Shown: positions 44,859 to 53,758 of the stretch, in pieces
How positions within the stretch are numbered: position 1 is the stretch's first letter
Layout: the number at the start of each line of letters is the position of its first letter
Notes under the pieces: generated by a model
Seen by the model: only the letters and a program-made list of their open reading frames with translations
The model's database searches: none
What the model was told of the DNA's origin: nothing
Source: a virus
Taxonomy: Duplodnaviria; Caudoviricetes
DNA length: 55,065 nucleotides
IMG/VR virus record: IMGVR_UViG_3300031957_000171
Location: 1 to 55,065 of that record
Strand: one strand, 5' to 3'
Made by a program: the position numbers and the translations under genes

Positions 44859-45557
44859 ATGGTAGTATCTGATCCACCAAAAATGTCAGATTACTCTTCT
44901 TTAAGAGAAGCTTTAATCTCTACTACTGAGAACGATGGCGAGGAGTTTAGTGCTGAAATAAATAATTTTATTAACAGAGCAGAGTTACGTCTGACTAAAG
45001 ATATTGATGACTCAGGTTTAGATGAGTATACTACTTTCTCACTTACAGCTAGTAATGCAGTTGTATCTCTTGGAGATAGAGTACGCATAGTTCGTAATGT
45101 AAACTTTACAACAAGTGCTGGAAGTAAAGTTAATTTACTTCAGAGGACAATTGAATACTGCAATGACTACTGGCCTGTAAGTGCTTCTACAGGTGAGCCA
45201 CGTTATTATGCACGTAAGAATAACAGTTCTATATTTATAGTACCAACTCCTGTATCTACTTTAACAGGAGTAATTCAAACAGTTTCCAAACCATTGGCCT
45301 TGGCTCCTGCTACAGGCACAAGTGTTACTACAGCAAATTATTTTACTAATTACTGTTATGACGCTTTATTTTTTGCTGCCATGATGGAAGCTACTATGTA
45401 TATGAAGGACTGGCCTACAGTTCCTGCATGGCAAGCTCAATATGAAGCAGCAATTATTACACTTAGAAATCAAGCTAGAAGGACACGTCAGGATGACATG
45501 GCAGTTGCTGCCTCACCTGCTGGTGGTCCTGATACAATTACACCGGGGAGTCCATAA
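44859..45557 (+). CDS. Head-tail adaptor-like protein
   Basis: FI..AE.R, G.PRYYA, PTP, L.FA...EA pattern. Confidence 0.65.
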   Translation: MVVSDPPKMSDYSSLREALISTTENDGEEFSAEINNFINRAELRLTKDIDDSGLDEYTTFSLTASNAVVSLGDRVRIVRNVNFTTSAGSKVNLLQRTIEYCNDYWPVSASTGEPRYYARKNNSSIFIVPTPVSTLTGVIQTVSKPLALAPATGTSVTTANYFTNYCYDALFFAAMMEATMYMKDWPTVPAWQAQYEAAIITLRNQARRTRQDDMAVAASPAGGPDTITPGSP

Positions 45558-45559
45558 TC

Positions 45560-46708
45560 ATGGTAGCAGGAAAAATTGTAAGAAAACTTTTTAAACCTTT
45601 TCGTAAATCTAAAAAACCAGTTCAAAAAATTTTTAGTAATACAACAGGAGCAGGAAGGCGTAAGTTTGAAAAAGGAGGCTTACCTAAACCTAAAGGAGAA
45701 GCTGAAGGTGCAAGACTTGATCCTGATGCTAGTGATTATACAGGTGGTGTAGGAGCTAGAACAGCTAGAGATGTAGGTACAAGAGGTGAGAAAGTTACTG
45801 TAGGTGGTTTAACAATCAATAATTTTGTAAGAGATCAAGCTTCAAAAGGAATGAAAGATAGAGGAAAAGCAAAAGCAAAGCTTGCAGAACTAGCAAGAGA
45901 AGGGAAAACTCCAGAGATAAGAAAAGAAGCTCAAGCTGCTTATAATAAAATGGAAAGACAAGATATTAAAGCTACAAATAAAGCTCGTCAAACTGCTAAA
46001 CAAACTTCAGAAAAACCCAAAGTTAAAGAAAGATTAAAGGCTGCTTATAAAGGCACACCAGTTAAAAAACAAGATAAAAGAGACCCTGTTCAAGCATTTT
46101 TAAATGATGGTGAAATTATAGGAAATTTTAATCCTACTGTAAATCAACAAAAACAAGCAGTATCAAGTTTAAAAGCAAGAGGGAAAACTAAAAAAGCTAG
46201 AGAGATTGAAGCTATGTTAGAATTAGGACCAAAGAAAGCTGCTAAACAAAAAACTAAAGAAATGAGAATATCTAACCGTCGTAAGATTGGTGGTAAAGTA
46301 AAACGTAAGGCTGGTGGTAATTTAGACCTTAAAGCAGTTGAACGTGGTAAAATGCGTAAGACTATCCAGAATATAAAAGGCACACCTTCGGAAATTGCTA
46401 AAGATCGTAGGCGGAAAAAAATAAAAAAACCAACAAGCTTGCCTAATTATGGAGATTTTACAAACGAGTTAGATGAAACACCTAATAAAAATTCAGAAAC
46501 AGAAGCACAGATTGCAAGAATGATTAAAGGTGCTTTTGATAAACCTAAACTTAGTAGACCTTCTAGGGGTGATAAAGAATTTACACCCTACTTGAAAAGA
46601 AAAATGCCAAGGAAAAAAGCTGGTGGTAAAGTAAAGGGTTACAAAAAAGGTGGCCCCATTACTTATCGCATGTCAGGTGGGCAGGTAGTCGGTAACAGTT
46701 ATGATTAG
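45560..46708 (+). CDS. Lys/Arg-rich protein with repeated xxGG motifs
   Basis: 382 aa, highly basic. Confidence 0.65.
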   Translation: MVAGKIVRKLFKPFRKSKKPVQKIFSNTTGAGRRKFEKGGLPKPKGEAEGARLDPDASDYTGGVGARTARDVGTRGEKVTVGGLTINNFVRDQASKGMKDRGKAKAKLAELAREGKTPEIRKEAQAAYNKMERQDIKATNKARQTAKQTSEKPKVKERLKAAYKGTPVKKQDKRDPVQAFLNDGEIIGNFNPTVNQQKQAVSSLKARGKTKKAREIEAMLELGPKKAAKQKTKEMRISNRRKIGGKVKRKAGGNLDLKAVERGKMRKTIQNIKGTPSEIAKDRRRKKIKKPTSLPNYGDFTNELDETPNKNSETEAQIARMIKGAFDKPKLSRPSRGDKEFTPYLKRKMPRKKAGGKVKGYKKGGPITYRMSGGQVVGNSYD

Positions 46709-46913
46709 TAGGTCTAGTGCTAGACAACAGATTATGAAACCACCTAAGAAACCAAAGCTAGGTAGTGGGGATAGATTTAAAAATCTTACTGCTAAACTAA
46801 AGAAAAGTGGAGCAAAAAATCCTAAAGCTCTTGCTGCGTTTATAGGTCGTAAGAAATATGGTAAAAAGAAAATGTCAGCAATGGCAACTAAAGGTAAAAA
46901 AAGGAGAATTTAA
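46701..46913 (+). CDS. Small basic protein
   Basis: G.G.RF..L...L....A.NP.ALAA.IGRKKYG. Confidence 0.6.
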   Translation: MISRSSARQQIMKPPKKPKLGSGDRFKNLTAKLKKSGAKNPKALAAFIGRKKYGKKKMSAMATKGKKRRI

Positions 46914-47120
46914 ATGGAAAAGAAAACAGAAGTAAAGCCAGTTGCTGTTGTTGAACAGCCTGTAAAGAAAACAGAAGTAAAGACAATGACTGTTGTTGAA
47001 CAGCCTGTAAAGAAGCCAGAACCTAATCCTGATAATAATATTGGAATAGCTTGTTTTGTTGCTGTAGGTATTGTTCTTCTTTCAATTGTAATCTATAAAA
47101 AAGTAAGGGGAAAGAAATAA
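46914..47120 (+). CDS. C-terminally anchored membrane protein with 45-nt tandem duplication
   Basis: KKTEVKxxxVVEQPV twice; C-terminal TM helix and basic tail; AGGAG RBS. Confidence 0.6.
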   Translation: MEKKTEVKPVAVVEQPVKKTEVKTMTVVEQPVKKPEPNPDNNIGIACFVAVGIVLLSIVIYKKVRGKK

Positions 47121-47296
47121 TGCCGGGACCACATACACTAATTGATCGTAGTATTCCATTGAAGGATATCGTAGGTAAACCTACAGGTCAGGGATTTGGC
47201 GCTGCACGTAAAGGGCCATCAGTTACAGGTAAAGCAAAAGATGCTGTTGTTGATGAAGACTATCAACAGGGAAAGTCTTTTAAAGTAGAAGATTAA
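47120..47296 (+). CDS. Small protein (58 aa, not in ORF track)
   Basis: TAATG coupling; MPGPHTL...GQGFGAARKG. Confidence 0.55.
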   Translation: MPGPHTLIDRSIPLKDIVGKPTGQGFGAARKGPSVTGKAKDAVVDEDYQQGKSFKVED

Positions 47297-47322
47297 GTTA
47301 AAGAATTAAGGGGATCATAATT

Positions 47323-48381
47323 ATGTTAGGAAAATTAGTCGCAAAGGCAGTTCTAAAAGCAGGACGACCTAAACGTCGTAGAGGACCAAAGCCAAAACCA
47401 AAAGAGGTTAAAGCTAAGAAAGCTCCTGTTCGTAAAAAACCTGCGAAAGTAGTACGCTCTCCAAGAGAAAATGCAGAGCTTAAACGACTAATAAGTTCTC
47501 AGAAACGAGATGATGCTCCTGATTCAAACCCTCTTCCTAAACGCAGGGCTACAGGACCAGAAGGTTCTAAGCCTGTAGAGCAAGGCCCACTTCTATCTAA
47601 AGTACAGCTTCCTGAGAAGATGAGTAAGGCTCAAGCTCGCAGACTTATTATGGAAGGAAAAGCTAAAGTAAGAACTGATAAGAATGGCAAAAAGAAATTA
47701 GTTTCTACAGGTGAGTATGCTCCAGCTAGAGGAGTTGTAGCAGAAGAGATGGGTCTTAGTAAACGAGGGAAACTTCCTAGTGAAGCAGAGCTTAAAGAAA
47801 TGGGTGGTTTTGAAATGAGAAAAACAGGTGGTAAAGCAAAGTCAAAGGTACGTAAACCTGCTTCAACTATGACAGCAAAAGACGTGGCAGATGCAGCAAT
47901 AGCTGATGTAAATAAGAATCTTTCTAAAGACGAGAGGGCAAAATTTTTAATAGCAAACGCTTTAAAAAAGAAAGCTACTCCTAAAGCGGAAGAACGGATT
48001 ATGGCATTGTTGAAGACTAAGAAACCTAAAATTGTTACTAAAGCTAAGAATAATAAAGTTAAGCCTAATAAGCCTAAAGCTAATCTTAAGTATGCAGCAG
48101 AATCAGGTTCGGGTTCTACTCCTATTGGAACAGCATCTAAACAATCTACTATAAAAAGTAAACCAGATAAACGTAAAAGTCTTTCGGATGCTCTGTTTGG
48201 AGGTTTTAAAACTGGTGACTTTACAGCTAAAAATCAAACAGTAAAGAATCCATTTACAGGTAATGATATGACTATTGAGTATGATTTTCCAGACTCTGAC
48301 GATATGAAAAAAGGCGGTAAAGTAAGACGTCGTATGGGTGGTAAAGTAAGGGGTTACGGTAAAGCACAACGAGGTTATTAG
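47323..48381 (+). CDS. Lys/Arg-rich protein with xxGG motifs
   Basis: 352 aa, highly basic; ends KKGGKVRRRMGGKVRGYGKAQRGY. Confidence 0.65.
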   Translation: MLGKLVAKAVLKAGRPKRRRGPKPKPKEVKAKKAPVRKKPAKVVRSPRENAELKRLISSQKRDDAPDSNPLPKRRATGPEGSKPVEQGPLLSKVQLPEKMSKAQARRLIMEGKAKVRTDKNGKKKLVSTGEYAPARGVVAEEMGLSKRGKLPSEAELKEMGGFEMRKTGGKAKSKVRKPASTMTAKDVADAAIADVNKNLSKDERAKFLIANALKKKATPKAEERIMALLKTKKPKIVTKAKNNKVKPNKPKANLKYAAESGSGSTPIGTASKQSTIKSKPDKRKSLSDALFGGFKTGDFTAKNQTVKNPFTGNDMTIEYDFPDSDDMKKGGKVRRRMGGKVRGYGKAQRGY

Positions 48382-48569
48382 TGGATAGTAAAAAAATAAT
48401 AAAGCTATACCAAGAATCTGTTGATCAGGGTATAGATAATTATGATTTGCTAGACAATGATATTAAGAAACCTATTAAAGAAGACTATGAAAGTTGGGAT
48501 GACTACTGGGTTTCTCTTATCAGTTACATGAAAGAAAAGTATAGATACACATATGGCAGTAAAGCGTAA
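48381..48569 (+). CDS. Small acidic hypothetical protein
   Basis: ORF tiling. Confidence 0.45.
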   Translation: MDSKKIIKLYQESVDQGIDNYDLLDNDIKKPIKEDYESWDDYWVSLISYMKEKYRYTYGSKA

Positions 48570-48846
48570 GAAGAGTAATATGAAGGGTATGACCATTGGT
48601 AAGGGAATGAAACGCCCTACCAAGGCTGGTGCTGGCATGACCAAGAAGGGTGTTGCTAAGTATCGTAGGCAGAACCCCGGCTCTAAACTACAGACTGCTG
48701 TGACTGAAAAGAAACCTACTGGTAAACGTGCGACAAGGCGTAAGTCTTACTGTGCTAGATCAGCAGGGCAAATGAAGAAGTTCCCCAAGGCTGCAAGTAA
48801 TCCTAACAGTCGTCTAAGACAAGCCCGTAAAAGATGGAGATGTTAA
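48553..48846 (+). CDS. DUF6321-like basic protein
   Basis: G.T.KG...Y...NPGSKL....RRKSYCARS.G...SRL...RW.C. Confidence 0.65.
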   Translation: MAVKRKKSNMKGMTIGKGMKRPTKAGAGMTKKGVAKYRRQNPGSKLQTAVTEKKPTGKRATRRKSYCARSAGQMKKFPKAASNPNSRLRQARKRWRC

Positions 48847-48998
48847 TGAAAAAAACTGTAGATGCTCCTAAAGGTTTTCATTGGATGAAGGCTGGTAAAG
48901 GATTTAAACTAATGAAGAACCCCAGCACTGGTTACAAATCTCATAAAGGTGCTTCTACGAAAGCAAGCTTTGAAGTTCAAAGTGTTCATAAAAAATGA
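48846..48998 (+). CDS. Small basic protein (50 aa, not in ORF track)
   Basis: TAATG and ATGA coupling; APKGFHWM. Confidence 0.55.
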   Translation: MKKTVDAPKGFHWMKAGKGFKLMKNPSTGYKSHKGASTKASFEVQSVHKK

Positions 48999-49375
48999 GT
49001 GTTGCTACTAAGCGTGATCCTAAGAAGTGGGCTGCGGCTAAGTCAAGAGCAAAGGCTAAGATGGGTGGTAAGCACTCAGCAAGAGCAATGCAGTTAGCCA
49101 CTAAGTATTATAAAGATGCAGGTGGTACGTACTCAGGTAAGAAGAAGCCTACTAACAAATTAGCTAAGTGGACAAAAGAAAAATGGACAACGAAATCAGG
49201 CAAGCCAAGCAGCAAAACGGGAGAACGGTATCTTCCCAAGAAAGCAATCAAAGCACTGTCATCAAAGGAATATGCAGCGACCACCAAGGCAAAGAGAAAA
49301 GGGACTGCTGCCGGGAAACAGTTCGTGAAGCAGCCAAAAAGAATAGCTAAGAAAACAAGAAAGTATAGAACATAA
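48995..49375 (+). CDS. DUF5872-like basic protein
   Basis: SAR..Q....Y...GG.Y, L.KWT.E.W, RYLP. Confidence 0.65.
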   Translation: MSVATKRDPKKWAAAKSRAKAKMGGKHSARAMQLATKYYKDAGGTYSGKKKPTNKLAKWTKEKWTTKSGKPSSKTGERYLPKKAIKALSSKEYAATTKAKRKGTAAGKQFVKQPKRIAKKTRKYRT

Positions 49376-50049
49376 TGGCAGTATCAGGTACATATAATTT
49401 TAATCTTGATATAGATCAAGTAATACAAGAAGCAATGGAGATGATCGGGGGAGAGCAAACTCTTGGTCATGAACCTGCTTCTGCTAGACGTTCTATAAAC
49501 CTTATGCTTAAAGACTGGCAGAACAGGGGAGTTCTTCTGTGGACTACAGAGACTACTGCTGTTACTGTAACTTCCAGTGTAGGTTCTTATAGCCTCAGTA
49601 GCTCTACTGTAGATGCTCTTGAGGTTGTTCTTAATAGGGATAGTACTGACATTCAATTGAGCCGTATCTCTCCTGAAGAATATCTAATAATCCCCAACAA
49701 GACCCAGACAGGCAGACCTTCTCAGTATTCTATACGCAGGGGACGGGATAACCCTGTTCTTTCTGTATGGCCTATTCCTGAGAACTCTACTGATATAATG
49801 AAGATTGAACGTATTAGTTCTCTGATGGATGTAGATAAATCTGCTGGACAGAATGCAGACATGCCTACACGTTTTCTACCACCTCTTACTTGTGGTCTTG
49901 CTTACTACATGTCAATGAAGCGTCCCGGTGTAGAGGCTGCTAGAATACAGATGTTAAAGGCTAACTACGAAGAACTTCTTGCCAGAGCTTTCCAAGAAGA
50001 TCGTGAACGAGCAACTATGAGGGTTGTACCTAGATTGAGGTATGTTTAA
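49375..50049 (+). CDS. Head-tail connector / tail tubular A-like protein
   Basis: ARRS.NL....W.NRG, GRP.Q, WP.P, P.RF....GLAY. Confidence 0.7.
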   Translation: MAVSGTYNFNLDIDQVIQEAMEMIGGEQTLGHEPASARRSINLMLKDWQNRGVLLWTTETTAVTVTSSVGSYSLSSSTVDALEVVLNRDSTDIQLSRISPEEYLIIPNKTQTGRPSQYSIRRGRDNPVLSVWPIPENSTDIMKIERISSLMDVDKSAGQNADMPTRFLPPLTCGLAYYMSMKRPGVEAARIQMLKANYEELLARAFQEDRERATMRVVPRLRYV

Positions 50050-50324
50050 TGGCAAGTAATAAGAACGCAATAGCCATGTGTGATACATGTGGCTTTGTCT
50101 ACCCTCATCGGATAATGCGTTTTAATAGTTATGGTATGTTAGTATGTCCTACAGACTTTGAAGGACAGTTTGATCTAAAGAACCACCCACAAAATAAAAT
50201 TCCCGATGTCAGAGACAACCCTGCTATACGTGACCCACGCCCTGACAATGGCGGTAGGAATATAACATGGGCACAAGCTACGACTAACTGGGAAGACACA
50301 GACAAGTATTGGAACCTCATATGA
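50049..50324 (+). CDS. Small Zn-finger virion-module protein
   Basis: CD.CGF....VCP...E..HPQ....PRPD. Confidence 0.6.
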   Translation: MASNKNAIAMCDTCGFVYPHRIMRFNSYGMLVCPTDFEGQFDLKNHPQNKIPDVRDNPAIRDPRPDNGGRNITWAQATTNWEDTDKYWNLI

Positions 50325-53032
50325 CTGAACTAACCGGAAAAACAATTGCTAATACATATAAGCAACTACTAAGAGTAGGTGTAAGTACAAATACTGGTGT
50401 TAGTGCTGGTCTATCTACTATTGAAACTGGAGATGGAACTGATAGTTCTTTCCAACTTGCTACTGGTTCTGCTAAGTTTACAGGTTCATTAGTTATAGAT
50501 GGTGCTACTTCTATTGCTTCTGGTTTACATGTAGATCAAAAAGTATGTGCTTCTGCGTTTTATGGTGATGGTTCTAATCTAAGTGGTGTTACTGCAAGTC
50601 TTGCTACAAGTATCTGTGTTAGTAATGCCCTAATTAATAATATTCTTTTGGTTAATGGTGAAGCTACCTTTAATTCCAATGTTTCTGTATCAGGTGGTTT
50701 AAATGTAGGTGGTACAGTAACCATTGCTGGTGCTGTAAGTATGGCCTCTACTCTTAGTGTAGGCGGTGCTGCACATTTTGCATCTACTGTAACTGTAGTA
50801 GGCGCTGCGACATTTGATAATAATGTTTCAGTAAGTGGTATTTTAAATGTTCTTGGTGCAGCTACATTTACTTCTCAGGCTAACTTTAAAGCTGGAGTAT
50901 CAGTTTCTGGTGCTTTAAATGTCTCTGGCAATACTTCTGTTGGTGGAACATTCATGGCAACAGGCGTAGCTACATTTGATAATAATGTATCTATAAGCGG
51001 CGGTCTTGTTGTAGGAGGTACAGTAACAATAGTAGGAGCCAATGTACAGGCAGCTAATGCAAGGGTCTGTGCATCTGCTTATCATGGTGATGGTTCAAAT
51101 ATAACTAATATCAGTGGTGCTCAAATATCAGGTGATATCTCTGTAAGTAACATAAAGGCTGCTGGCAATGTATCAGTAGGTGGTGCTTTTTATGTTGGAG
51201 GTACTGTTACTATAGCAGGAACAAATATAAAAGCTGTTAATGCTGCGGTCTGTGCATCTTCTTTTTATGGTGATGGTTCTAACTTAACTAATATTGCTGC
51301 ATCTATTGTTAATAATAGAGTTGCAGGTAACTTTGCTGTATCTGCTAATCTAAGTGTAGGTGGTACAAGTAATTTTGCAGGTGCGGTGAGTTTAGCATCT
51401 ACTCTAAGTGTAGTAGGTGCTGCTAACTTTGCATCTACTGTAACAGTAGTAGGAGCTACACATTTACAGAGTACTGTATCAACAGCAGGTGCAGCTAACT
51501 TTGCATCTACAGTAACAGTTGTAGGAGCTACACATTTACAGAATACAGTTTCAGTGGGAGGTGCAGCTAACTTTGCATCTACAGTAACAGTAGTAGGAGC
51601 TACACATTTACAGAGTACTGTATCAACAGCAGGTGCTGCAACATTTGCATCTACTGTAACAGTAGTAGGAGCTACACATTTACAGAATACAGTTTCAGTG
51701 GGAGGTGCAGCTAACTTTGCATCTACAGTAACAGTTGTAGGTGCAGGAACATTTAAGAGTAATGTGTCAGTAAGCGGTACTACTAAGCTACTGGGTACAG
51801 TTACTGCAACAGGTAATTCAGGATTTTTAGGAACTGTTAGAGTAAGTGGCGCAACAAGCCTTGAAGCTGCTCTTAATGTTACAGGTGCAGCTTTATTCTC
51901 ATCTACAGTAACAGTAGCTGGAGCAACACATTTACAAAGCACTGCTTCAGTGGGTGGAGCAGCTTCTTTTGCTTCAACATTGACTGTAGTAGGAGCAACA
52001 CTCTTACAAAGCACTGTCTCAGTGGGTGGCGCAGCTATCTTTGCATCTACTGTTACAGTTGTTGGAAACGCAGTATTTACTGGTGACATCCAAAAGAAAA
52101 CAGCAGGTACATCTAACTTTTCTGCGGGTGTTAACGCCGGTAATTCAATAGAATCAGGCGGCAACTACAACGTAGTAGTAGGCGATGAAGCTGGTACGGC
52201 GATTACTACCGGAGATAATAACACAGCAGTGGGTTTTGCTTCCCTAGATGCTAACACTACAGGTTCTAGTAACACAGCATTTGGTAGAAATTCCCTTGGT
52301 GGCAACACGTCTGCGTCTAACGGCACAGCCCTTGGACATAATGCTTTAATATCTAACACCACTGGTGCTTTTAACACAGCGGTCGGCGGTTCTGCTCTCG
52401 ATGCCACTACCACAGGCTCTAGTAACACAGCCGTTGGTTATGATGCTCTTGGTGTCAATACCGAAGGGTCTAATAATACAGCCATCGGTATAGCTTCGGG
52501 TCACACAGTGACTACGGGGGGCAACAATCTTCTTCTCGGACACGACGCTGGGATAACGGGAAGTCCCGGTGGTGCTGTAACAACCGGAAACAATCAGATA
52601 TGTTTGGGTGATGAGAATATAACCAATGCACACATCCAAGTTGACTGGACAGTAGCCTCAGACAAGAGAGATAAGACTGAGGTCACTCCTCTGGTTATGG
52701 GGCTAGACTTTATAAACAAACTAGAGCCTGTTACCTATCGCTGGGATAAACGATCAAAGTATTCCAAAGATCAAGACGTAACGCCAGACGGCACCCATAA
52801 AGAAGAACAGCTAGATGTAGGTTTCTTGGCTCAAGACGTTGAGGAACTTGAAAAAGAATACGGGTTTAACTTTGAAGATAAGACAAATCTGACAACAAAC
52901 ATCTCTGAAGATGAAAAGATGTATGGGCTGAAATACTCTAAGTTTGTTCCGGCCCTTGTTAAAGCAGTACAAGAACTATCTAAAGAACTAGACGAACTTA
53001 AACAATGGAAAAATAATTATACTAGTGACTGA
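50321..53032 (+). CDS. Tail fibre 1 (beta-helical repeats + peptidase S74 chaperone)
   Basis: FYGDGSNL necks, 12-aa VTVVGA repeats, 14-aa NTxG repeats, SDKRDK..GFLAQ..AVQEL; start adjusted to ATGA overlap. Confidence 0.85.
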   Translation: MTELTGKTIANTYKQLLRVGVSTNTGVSAGLSTIETGDGTDSSFQLATGSAKFTGSLVIDGATSIASGLHVDQKVCASAFYGDGSNLSGVTASLATSICVSNALINNILLVNGEATFNSNVSVSGGLNVGGTVTIAGAVSMASTLSVGGAAHFASTVTVVGAATFDNNVSVSGILNVLGAATFTSQANFKAGVSVSGALNVSGNTSVGGTFMATGVATFDNNVSISGGLVVGGTVTIVGANVQAANARVCASAYHGDGSNITNISGAQISGDISVSNIKAAGNVSVGGAFYVGGTVTIAGTNIKAVNAAVCASSFYGDGSNLTNIAASIVNNRVAGNFAVSANLSVGGTSNFAGAVSLASTLSVVGAANFASTVTVVGATHLQSTVSTAGAANFASTVTVVGATHLQNTVSVGGAANFASTVTVVGATHLQSTVSTAGAATFASTVTVVGATHLQNTVSVGGAANFASTVTVVGAGTFKSNVSVSGTTKLLGTVTATGNSGFLGTVRVSGATSLEAALNVTGAALFSSTVTVAGATHLQSTASVGGAASFASTLTVVGATLLQSTVSVGGAAIFASTVTVVGNAVFTGDIQKKTAGTSNFSAGVNAGNSIESGGNYNVVVGDEAGTAITTGDNNTAVGFASLDANTTGSSNTAFGRNSLGGNTSASNGTALGHNALISNTTGAFNTAVGGSALDATTTGSSNTAVGYDALGVNTEGSNNTAIGIASGHTVTTGGNNLLLGHDAGITGSPGGAVTTGNNQICLGDENITNAHIQVDWTVASDKRDKTEVTPLVMGLDFINKLEPVTYRWDKRSKYSKDQDVTPDGTHKEEQLDVGFLAQDVEELEKEYGFNFEDKTNLTTNISEDEKMYGLKYSKFVPALVKAVQELSKELDELKQWKNNYTSD
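51410..51745 (+). repeat. Near-perfect 72/144-nt tandem coding repeats in tail fibre 1
   Basis: GAANFASTVTVVGATHLQ[S/N]TVS repeated about 4.5 times. Confidence 0.85.
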
Positions 53033-53258
53033 GAACGAAACTAATGTTATTAACATACAAGGCAAAGATTATAATCAGCTGGAATTAACAGACCAGCAAA
53101 GGTATTGGATTGCACAGGTTCAAGACCTACAACAAAAACGACAAGCAGCACAATTCCAACTAGATCAAGTCGCTATTGCAGCAGACTCTTTTATGGGACA
53201 GTTACTGACCAGTCTTTCAGATGAAACCAAAGAACTCAAGGAGAAAACTAATGGATGA
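53025..53258 (+). CDS. Small coiled-coil protein (putative fibre-assembly chaperone)
   Basis: I.G..Y....L...Q pattern; follows fibre. Confidence 0.55.
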   Translation: MTENETNVINIQGKDYNQLELTDQQRYWIAQVQDLQQKRQAAQFQLDQVAIAADSFMGQLLTSLSDETKELKEKTNG

Positions 53259-53511
53259 AGTACTAACCGAAGAACAGATTGCAGCACACTTTTCTGCAAT
53301 GGATGATAGCGTAGCACTAATTAATGCAACTGTTGCAGATGATAGCGAAGAGCTTGCCATGCACGGCAGTGCTGCTGAAGTTAAATTGATGATCACCCGT
53401 AATACGGACCATCTTGAACTTCAGGCAACACATGATTGGTATTCAGATTCCAGTGTTAGCAAGACGGCTTACACAGATGCAGTAACGGCTGGGAAAGCCT
53501 ACGTCGGCTAA
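53251..53511 (+). CDS. Small acidic protein downstream of fibre (putative chaperone)
   Basis: Start MDEVLT with GGAG RBS; RN.DHLE. Confidence 0.55.
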   Translation: MDEVLTEEQIAAHFSAMDDSVALINATVADDSEELAMHGSAAEVKLMITRNTDHLELQATHDWYSDSSVSKTAYTDAVTAGKAYVG

Positions 53512-53521
53512 TGATTGGGTT

Positions 53522-53719
53522 ATGTTTTATTATTTAAGTATCATTACTTATATAGCACTGGCCCCTCTTAATGTACCAGTGACAGAGAAGTCAGTGACAG
53601 GTTTATTTCCTGACCAATATCTCTGTGAAACTTACAAGTTTCAAGTAGAAGAACTAATTCGTAACGTAAGAACTGCTAAACTGATAACTTCTAAATGTGT
53701 TAAAGAACTAGAAGTATAA
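53522..53719 (+). CDS. Small secreted/membrane protein
   Basis: Hydrophobic N-terminus, F.....C....C pattern. Confidence 0.45.
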   Translation: MFYYLSIITYIALAPLNVPVTEKSVTGLFPDQYLCETYKFQVEELIRNVRTAKLITSKCVKELEV

Positions 53720-53758
53720 CAAATAATAATAGGTTAATTCCTAATTAGGAGAGATTAA

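Noticed and set aside
51265-52639. Long antisense ORFs over tail fibre 1 (also 54613-54942, 5430-6287)
   Set aside because: Antisense shadows of strongly biased coding sequence; no RBS or motifs.
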